Source: Clostridiaceae bacterium (lineage in GTDB: Bacteria; Bacillota; Clostridia; Acetivibrionales; DTU013). Taken from it: a stretch of DNA of 64,000 nucleotides. Each line of letters starts with the position of its first letter. Position 1 is the stretch's first letter. Below the pieces are notes generated by a model that saw only the letters and a list, made by a program, of their open reading frames with translations, was not told the DNA's origin and made no database searches. The stretch is from contig JAAYPO010000081.1 of NCBI GenBank assembly GCA_012519745.1, forward strand, positions 5,096 to 69,095. Reading direction: 5' to 3'. Made by a program: the position numbers and the translations under genes. Positions 57,407 through 64,000 of this stretch are shown here, one piece after another.

Positions 57407-58522
57407 TTATTTGAAAAAGCTTTTCAGCTCGTACATGCCCCACCTGCACTGCAGGTATTTGCCTGCGAGGGCTTTATCAAGCAGCGATTCATGCATGCAC
57501 AGCGATGCTGCAAATGAACGCTTATCAATAAGCTTCAGCGCCTTTGGCCCCTCTCTGAAAAACTCTCTGCGGCATTCGCATATTTTCTGGGCTATAGCAA
57601 AAATGATATCCTCACGCTGCTCCAGGCATTTGATCAGCCACACTGCCCTGCTCAGCAGATCCCTCAGTTTAACACCGCCCTCCTCCCCGTCCAGAGATGA
57701 CTTGACTGCAAATGCTTCAGATATGCAAACATTCGGAAAAGCTTCCCCATTGTATATCACATGAATATCTCCTCTGGTATCCCGGACCATTATATCCGGC
57801 AGTGCACGATTTATCGGCACATTGCTGCAATACTCCCGTCCGGGTATAGGCTCAAGGCTTTTGACCTTTTTAAAGGCCTCCCTGACACGGTTGATGGTCA
57901 ATCCCGTAGCACCTGCCACATATTGGGCATCATCATCGGCGACTGCATTCAGGTAACCGTCCACCACAAGCATGGCGTCAAAATCCTGCCGCTCCATCTG
58001 TTTGAGCTGGATCAGCAGGCACTCCTTCAGATCCCGTGCACATATCCCCGGAGGATCCAGTGACTGCAGTTCCTCCAGCACATCGAGCACCAGGGTCTCC
58101 GGAACATTGAAAAAAGCAGCTGTCTCAGCAATATCAGCTTTCAGATAGCCATTTTCATCCGTGTTGTCTATAAGGAATTCTCCGATACTGTAGCTGGTCT
58201 TGTCGGGACATAACGCTTCAAATTGCAGCAAGAGATGCTGCTTGAGCGAAAGGATCCTTTCCGGTGCTTCTATTACATGATCGTTGATCTGGGAATCATT
58301 TTCATAATCGTTTGTATATGCTGTGTACACATCAGCATATGATCCTGCCAAAGCAGCTTCATCCGGTGCTCCTTCAAGTACGGGATTGGTTTCGAGCTGG
58401 TTTTCGATGTATTGGAAAAGTTCGCCGGAGTTCATTTCAAGTATTTCGATGGCCTGCTTCAGTTGAGGTATGAGCAGAAGCTTCTGTGAACGTACATGGC
58501 TGAAGTCAAAATTATACTCCAA
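57407..58522 (-). pseudogene. rpoN: RNA polymerase sigma-54 homologue lacking the C-terminal RpoN-box segment (truncated or split)
   Basis: Region I: LIPQLKQAIEILEMNSGELFQYIENQLETNPVLE. Core-binding region: ..LDPPGICARDLKECLLIQL. HTH: MHESLLDKALAGKYLQCRWGMYELKSFF. The stop follows immediately. About 65-75 aa, including the RRTVAKYR-type RpoN box, are absent. Confidence 0.65.
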
Positions 58523-58616
58523 GAGCGGTCACCTCGAAAAAAGGGTTATATAGTATTATATAACCCTAAAGGCAACTTTAGTAATGCTGGCAGGCCCTAA
58601 AAAAGCTGAGACAGCC

Positions 58617-59555
58617 TTAAATTCCCATTAGCCTGGCAATTGCGATGGAGAATATGTAAAGCATCGCCATTAAAACATAGAGAACTAATACTGCTATCAC
58701 AGGCCAATGTGTCAACACTGCCTTTACATCCTGACGCGTCTTGGAGATAGGCGGTATGATAACGGCCCTTCCCTCTGTGACCTTCTTGAATGCGAACAAA
58801 AGTCCCACAGTAAATAACAGACTGGGTATACCGATGGTTATTACTCCCATCAGCTCCACGGCGGTCAGAGTGATATTCTCCGGCCGGACATTTCCCCTGT
58901 TGATATATTGAAGGACCTCAGCAAGTGCATTATTCAGAAAGTGAGCCAGTATCCCGGCAAAAATGGAATCTGTCCTCACAACATAATAGCCTATGATCAG
59001 CCCTAAAAATATGGGTCCCAGCAAGTTGGTTATATCAAAATGAAATATTCCAAAAAGTATCGATACTATGACCACCGCCTTGTATGAACCGCGTCTTTCG
59101 TAAGCCTTCAGTAAAAATCCTCTGTGCATCAGCTCTTCACATACCCCAGGGGCAATGCCTATGATGGCGATACCGACAAGAAGCTCTGCCGGGGTGTTTG
59201 GTACCGGTAAGCCTTGGGAGGGGATATCTCCGATGAACTGCAGAAAATAGACTATGATGTTGTTGAACATAGTGGCCGCAAATAAAGCGGGTACAGCTGT
59301 AACGATTATCAATAAGGCCGGAACTAATCCAAGCTTATTCAGCCTGAATGTCTCCTTGAAATCGATTCTTTTCACCAGACAGTATACGATCACGAAGGCT
59401 GCTATCGCAAACTCATTGATCAGCACGATGGTATACATATGGTCATAGACAGCGGTTCCCAGAACAGCGCCCATCACCAGCTGATAAACCAGAAACACAC
59501 CGGCAAAAGCAAAAAACAGCTTGTTTGCACCGGTCAGGGTCAGTTTGTTTTTCAT
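58617..59555 (-). CDS. CPBP family intramembrane glutamic endopeptidase (CAAX protease-like)
   Basis: EELMHRGF, FGIFH and HFLNN motifs. Multi-TM. Confidence 0.85.
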   Translation of the reverse strand: MKNKLTLTGANKLFFAFAGVFLVYQLVMGAVLGTAVYDHMYTIVLINEFAIAAFVIVYCLVKRIDFKETFRLNKLGLVPALLIIVTAVPALFAATMFNNIIVYFLQFIGDIPSQGLPVPNTPAELLVGIAIIGIAPGVCEELMHRGFLLKAYERRGSYKAVVIVSILFGIFHFDITNLLGPIFLGLIIGYYVVRTDSIFAGILAHFLNNALAEVLQYINRGNVRPENITLTAVELMGVITIGIPSLLFTVGLLFAFKKVTEGRAVIIPPISKTRQDVKAVLTHWPVIAVLVLYVLMAMLYIFSIAIARLMGI

Positions 59556-59619
59556 CCGTCAAATCCTTTCGATCTAATAATAGTAATATTCTATTCACAC
59601 AATATCATAAATCATGTTT

Positions 59620-60213
59620 TTATTGATATTGCCCCGGCTTCCATATCTCCGATTCAGTGACCACCATATCCACCCTGATGTCAGATCCATCCGTCGGCAC
59701 CCGCTCCGCCAGCTGCATATCAAAGCAAACGCCTGCTTTCAAGCATCCGGCGGAGAGCTTCGGCAGAAACCTGTCATAATAGCCTGCTCCAAATCCCATC
59801 CTGTTGCAGTGCCTGTCAAAGGTCACCCCGGGAATAACCGCCAGGTCCGCTTCCTCAGGCTCCATCGGCTCCAGTACCGACGGATCGGGCTCCAGTATGC
59901 CCTTAAATCCCGGAATAAGGTCCTTTGTGACATCGCTGATCTCATAGACCGCAAGATGCCTTTCTCTCCCCGGACAGACCATGACCCGCGGAAGCGCGAC
60001 CCTTTTTCCATCCCTTAAGCATTTCTCTATGAAAGGCCTTGTCATCACCTCATTTCCAAAGGACATATAGGCTATGACCACAGCTGCACATCCATATTCC
60101 TTCAGGGAGCATACCCTGCTGAAGATCTCAGCACTTTTTCGGCATACCTCTTCGGCGGTGAGGTGATTTCTTCTCTCTATGTACTTTTTTCTGAAATCCT
60201 TCTTTATATCCAT
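59620..60213 (-). CDS. 5-formyltetrahydrofolate cyclo-ligase
   Basis: VIPGVTFDRHCNRMGFGAGYYDRFL signature. Confidence 0.85.
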   Translation of the reverse strand: MDIKKDFRKKYIERRNHLTAEEVCRKSAEIFSRVCSLKEYGCAAVVIAYMSFGNEVMTRPFIEKCLRDGKRVALPRVMVCPGRERHLAVYEISDVTKDLIPGFKGILEPDPSVLEPMEPEEADLAVIPGVTFDRHCNRMGFGAGYYDRFLPKLSAGCLKAGVCFDMQLAERVPTDGSDIRVDMVVTESEIWKPGQYQ

Positions 60214-60279
60214 ACCAATACCCCGATACTCATCTGCAGATCCTGATGTCCTGATAGTCCGTATGATCCCGGATCCGGA

Positions 60280-60951
60280 TCAGCCCCTTAGCAGCATATC
60301 CTGCAGCGGGTGCAGAACATAGGATGAAAAAAAATACAGGACCGTCAGGATCGATGCGGTACAGACAAATGTCATCAGGTAAAGCTTCCATCCGGTGCCA
60401 ATACCTATTCTGACAAGTACCGTATAGGCCAGTCTGGATATCAACAGCAAAAACCCTGTCACAAAAATCAGCCCCGCAGCTATATACGGAACTAACCCGT
60501 ACAGAAGCAAAACACAAAGCAAAATCCCGATACAATACACAGGCACCAACTCTGCAGGCCTTTTCAGCACCGGTGCTTCATTCCTGCCGTCCAGTCTGAA
60601 ATGGGCCGCCGGGATCAGAAGAAAGGGTATCGGCAGACCAAAAAGCAGACCTGTGAATATCCTGGCTGCATTGTTGGTTTCGATCAATCCCATATATGAA
60701 AGCGCACCATCGAGCATCATAGGGAGCATCAAGACACACATTATCACAGCCCCAACAAGCCCCGGCGGTCTTTGCGCCTTCATTCTGCGAAGCAGCAGCA
60801 GGAAGATGAATGCTGTGAAAATGCCCGCATATATCCCGGTATCCCGGGCGCATACGGGCAAAATCATGCCTCCCGACTCAAGGGACCTCTCAGGGAGCTG
60901 ATGGCATATCAATGAACCTGCCATATTAAAAAAATCTTTTACGATGTCCAT
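60280..60951 (-). CDS. DUF2085-type membrane protein
   Basis: N-terminal CHQLPERS motif. Multi-TM. Confidence 0.7.
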   Translation of the reverse strand: MDIVKDFFNMAGSLICHQLPERSLESGGMILPVCARDTGIYAGIFTAFIFLLLLRRMKAQRPPGLVGAVIMCVLMLPMMLDGALSYMGLIETNNAARIFTGLLFGLPIPFLLIPAAHFRLDGRNEAPVLKRPAELVPVYCIGILLCVLLLYGLVPYIAAGLIFVTGFLLLISRLAYTVLVRIGIGTGWKLYLMTFVCTASILTVLYFFSSYVLHPLQDMLLRG

Positions 60952-60957
60952 AGCTTA

Positions 60958-61656
60958 TCAATAAAACGGAACGCTCTCCCCTATCGTATACAGTAAAAAG
61001 CAACCCAGACACGACAGCACGAACATGGCTATGGCAGCAACAAGAAGCGCAACGCCAAAGGATCTTCTGTCATCATCCCCATCTGAGCTCATGAATACAA
61101 TGGCGGTAATAATGCCGGCTATCTGGCCTATACCGGGCAACAAAGTAAAAAGCATGGTCAGGAAAACCTTGAGCCCATTACTCAGCGGCGGTTTAACGCT
61201 GTTATTGTGATATGCGTGAGGCCGCTGCTGGCGGGGATAGTATGGTCTTTGACCATGATCCTGTCTCTGGCCGTACTCAGGCCTTTGCCCCATATCCTGC
61301 GGCTGCGTCGGTCCGTACATCGGCGGCGTCGGTCCGTACTGAGGCGGTGTTGGTCCGTACTGCGGCACCTGCGCATTATCCTGATTCTCTGCAGCCGGAT
61401 CATTATCGGCTGTGAACTGGTTTTCATCTGCAGCAGGCATATTTTGACCGTCCTGGGGCGGAGCAGTATCAACCCCCTGATCATTGCCGGCATCCCCGGA
61501 CGCGCTGACACCTGAAGTACCGTCCTGCGGCTGCGGCATCCCATATGGTGCATCTACTTTTATCTCAAGTATACTGCCGCAGTATGGACAGCGATTAGCT
61601 TCCGACGGTATGTTCTCGCCACAAAAACCGCACTTTTTCTGAGAATAATTATCCAA
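60958..61656 (-). CDS. Zinc-ribbon protein with a Pro/Gln-rich repeat linker and C-terminal TM helices
   Basis: CGFCGENIPSEANRCPYCGS. PQYGPTPPQYGPTPPMYGPTQPQ repeats. Two C-terminal hydrophobic helices. Confidence 0.7.
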   Translation of the reverse strand: MDNYSQKKCGFCGENIPSEANRCPYCGSILEIKVDAPYGMPQPQDGTSGVSASGDAGNDQGVDTAPPQDGQNMPAADENQFTADNDPAAENQDNAQVPQYGPTPPQYGPTPPMYGPTQPQDMGQRPEYGQRQDHGQRPYYPRQQRPHAYHNNSVKPPLSNGLKVFLTMLFTLLPGIGQIAGIITAIVFMSSDGDDDRRSFGVALLVAAIAMFVLSCLGCFLLYTIGESVPFY

Positions 61657-61749
61657 TGATCTTCCTCCTCACATTTTCACTAAATATGCATAAATTGTAC
61701 TATTCGACTAACTGCTGATAAAACCCTCTTTATTCCAACGAGTTTCTGT

Positions 61750-63576
61750 TCACAGGAAGAGCATGTTGTCGACATATCTCTCCATAAAATACGCAGAAGC
61801 AGAAAGCTCAATATACCGGATCCTTTTAGCAATATCCTCCGAAGTCTTTAGCATGATGTTTGACAGCAGACATTCTGCAGCCCCTGATCCTGACGCATTG
61901 CCTATGGCTGTCACCCTGTCGGCCAAGCTCCGCGGCAGCAGACCTATCCTGGCTGCACTGCTGATGTGTATACTGCTTCCGAATCCTCCTGCCAGATAGA
62001 CCCTGTTTATTTGATCATACCCGATGCCCGCACTGTGGAGCAATGTATCTATACCTGCCGCAATAGCGGCCTTTGCATTCTGGATCTCCCTTATATCCTT
62101 CTGTGTTATAATAATGGATTCCCCGGTGCTGCTCTCATTTTCACCCGCTATCACAAAGGATCTCATTTTATCGATATCGGCAAGCCGTTTGCGTGTTTCA
62201 TCGGGCAAGCTGTCCCAATTACTGCTTCCCGCAAGCTTTCCCGTCTCATCGACGACTCCCTCGTCGAGCAGAACAGCAATGGCATCGATTATCCCTGACC
62301 CGCATATACCGGCCGGAGCGTCATTCCCTATTACTGTATATCCATAATCGGGACCGGCTGCCAACGAGTCGATGGCACCTGTAACTCCTCCCATCCCGCA
62401 TCGCAGGCCTGCTCCCTCAAATGCAGGACCGGCTGCTGTGGAACAGGCCATCAGCCATTCCCTGCCTCCAAGTACGATCTCCCCGTTTGTTCCGATATCT
62501 ACCAGCAATGAAATACCATCCCGCTCATACATACCGCTGGACAAAACAGCCGCAACTGTATCTGCTCCGATATACGCAGATACACAGGGAATGTCTGTCA
62601 GTATGCCGTTGCTGTTGATCGCTATCCCGCCTTGGGCAGCCGACAACTGCAACAGCCCGCAGGTCACAGGTATAAAGGGCGATATGGCCAAAGCAGAGGC
62701 ATCGAGGCCATTCAGCAAATGAAGCATAGTGGTATTGCCGCTGAATACCGCATGATATATTTCATCACAGCTGATGCCTGCATCGCCGGCGAGACTTTTT
62801 AAAAGCTCGTTGATGCAGTCCGTTATCAGCTCTCTCATCTCGATCAGATTCTCCTCAGATTGCTTTGTGTGATTGATCCTTGATATTATGTCTGCTCCGT
62901 ATTTCCGCTGTGGATTGAGCATAGAATCCACAGCCTTCAGATCACCGCTGTTCAAATCATATAAATAAGCAGCCACAGTGGTGGTGCCAATGTCAAAAGC
63001 TGCTCCAAACAAGCTGCCGGAAGTATCCCCCGGTTCTGCCGAAATAAGCTTTCCATCAGCTTCCACCACAGTCACCTTATAGTCCGCATCTCTCAATACA
63101 GAGGGCAGCCGCCTTAGCAAAGGCTGCATATCCGAGCCAGCTGTCATTCCTGATCCAGCAAGCAGTCTCTCCATGTCAGGCGTCTGATCCTCAATATCCG
63201 GCGGTGTCAATTCGATGTATTTCTTTCGCACTACAGAGCAGATGTCGATATCTCTTTGCACGCCGGCAGTTATTATGACAGCTTCGTTTTTACTGTCATC
63301 TGTGTAAACCATCGTATCAGAGGTCACAGTACAATTGCATGCAAGCCTGTATCCCCTGCCCAGCATGGAGCTCCCAAGCAGGAGCCTCTCGTTTTCTGAG
63401 GGTCCGCCTTCGATACCGCTGACCCTCACACTGCACTTTCCGCAGATACCCTTGCCTGCGCATGGGGTATCTATGGATATACCGCTTGTTCTGAGGACCT
63501 GTAGAAGATTGTCCCCGTCCTGAGCTTCCACACTGAGTACTCCGTCCCTCTTATGTATCTCGACCCTGTATGCCAT
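61750..63576 (-). CDS. 2Fe-2S ferredoxin-domain / ASKHA-fold protein (corrinoid reductive-activase RACo-like, DUF4445 type)
   Basis: N-terminal plant-type ferredoxin pattern CAGKGICGKCSV...C. ASKHA-like DIGTTTV and DIGTNGE phosphate motifs. GGAGGG RBS before the ATG at 63576. Confidence 0.75.
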   Translation of the reverse strand: MAYRVEIHKRDGVLSVEAQDGDNLLQVLRTSGISIDTPCAGKGICGKCSVRVSGIEGGPSENERLLLGSSMLGRGYRLACNCTVTSDTMVYTDDSKNEAVIITAGVQRDIDICSVVRKKYIELTPPDIEDQTPDMERLLAGSGMTAGSDMQPLLRRLPSVLRDADYKVTVVEADGKLISAEPGDTSGSLFGAAFDIGTTTVAAYLYDLNSGDLKAVDSMLNPQRKYGADIISRINHTKQSEENLIEMRELITDCINELLKSLAGDAGISCDEIYHAVFSGNTTMLHLLNGLDASALAISPFIPVTCGLLQLSAAQGGIAINSNGILTDIPCVSAYIGADTVAAVLSSGMYERDGISLLVDIGTNGEIVLGGREWLMACSTAAGPAFEGAGLRCGMGGVTGAIDSLAAGPDYGYTVIGNDAPAGICGSGIIDAIAVLLDEGVVDETGKLAGSSNWDSLPDETRKRLADIDKMRSFVIAGENESSTGESIIITQKDIREIQNAKAAIAAGIDTLLHSAGIGYDQINRVYLAGGFGSSIHISSAARIGLLPRSLADRVTAIGNASGSGAAECLLSNIMLKTSEDIAKRIRYIELSASAYFMERYVDNMLFL

Positions 63577-63597
63577 TCGACCCTCCAAACTGATATA

Positions 63598-63999
63598 TCA
63601 AGCCTGCTCATCCTGGCCCTTTTCGGGCTCCTGTTCCTGCTCTTCCTGTTTTCTTCCGCATTTATAGCAGTATTCCATATCGATGGCCAGAACCATGCCG
63701 CAGTTGGGGCATGCCTTAACGTTTTTGAGCTCCAGTATCTTCTCTCTCATCTCATCGATATTTGCAATTATCTCATCTATCTTTACGCATTTCTCCAGCA
63801 GCTTTTCGCTTACCATCCTGCCCTCGTTGTAGTCCTCATACAGCTGTCTTCCCATCTCGGTGTAGATCTTTCTGACCTTGTCCTCTTCAGCATTGATGTT
63901 CATGTTCAGTCTTGTGACTTCAACAACGCTGCCTGATATTTTTGCGGCAGCCTTTGCGGTATCGGTCACCTTTTTGGTTATGTTATCCAGTACCGACAT
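63598..63999 (-). CDS. Zinc-ribbon domain protein
   Basis: A coiled-coil N-terminal part, then CPNCG...CYKCG, then an acidic tail. Confidence 0.6.
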   Translation of the reverse strand: MSVLDNITKKVTDTAKAAAKISGSVVEVTRLNMNINAEEDKVRKIYTEMGRQLYEDYNEGRMVSEKLLEKCVKIDEIIANIDEMREKILELKNVKACPNCGMVLAIDMEYCYKCGRKQEEQEQEPEKGQDEQA

Positions 64000-64000
64000 T

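Noticed and set aside
61207-61553. Multiple overlapping ORFs and 21-bp DNA repeats (cgtcggtccgtac...).
   Set aside because: They are explained by the PQYGPTPP repeat-coding region of the zinc-ribbon membrane protein (60958-61656). The other frames are shadows.

Overview
The window looks like a chromosomal segment from a spore-forming Firmicute of the class Clostridia. It carries pro-sigma-K, SpoIVA and a SpoVD/PbpI-like PBP, and almost all genes lie on the minus strand. I recognised no rRNA, tRNA or CRISPR array.

Housekeeping genes:
- rpsB-tsf-pyrH. The pyrH 5' end runs off the left edge and is absent from the ORF track.
- typA, mltG, an O-methyltransferase and a U32 peptidase.
- mutS2, pgsA, dnaE, a phosphoglucomutase and spoIVA.

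Four accessory-looking regions stand out:
1. At 30.4-38.3 kb, a visibly AT-rich operon holds a single-module C-A-T-R nonribosomal peptide synthetase. It is tightly coupled to a multi-TM histidine kinase and a REC/HD-GYP response regulator. This is my best candidate for an undescribed producer/sensor system.
2. A roughly 200-270 bp dispersed repeat occurs three times (about 3.15, 30.0 and 52.1 kb). It has terminal inverted arms, arm copies phased every 40-41 bp and a conserved core. One copy is inverted relative to the other two.
3. At 54.9-58.5 kb, a sigma-54 (rpoN) homologue stops just before its RpoN-box region. It abuts a roughly 400 bp nested inverted-repeat structure, a small promoter-equipped ORF and a large serine recombinase.
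4. At 6.2-20.1 kb, a two-component-regulated ABC uptake locus ends in an HMG-CoA lyase plus HMG-CoA reductase pair, reminiscent of mevalonate catabolism.

Smaller oddities:
- A GC-rich 9-bp tandem array with G-quadruplex potential.
- A heptamer array in a divergent promoter region.
- A possibly frameshifted membrane-protein gene.
- An orphan Cys-rich ORF.
- A candidate alternative-hairpin leader upstream of dnaE.

All calls come from reading the sequence and ORF translations by eye. No database search was run.
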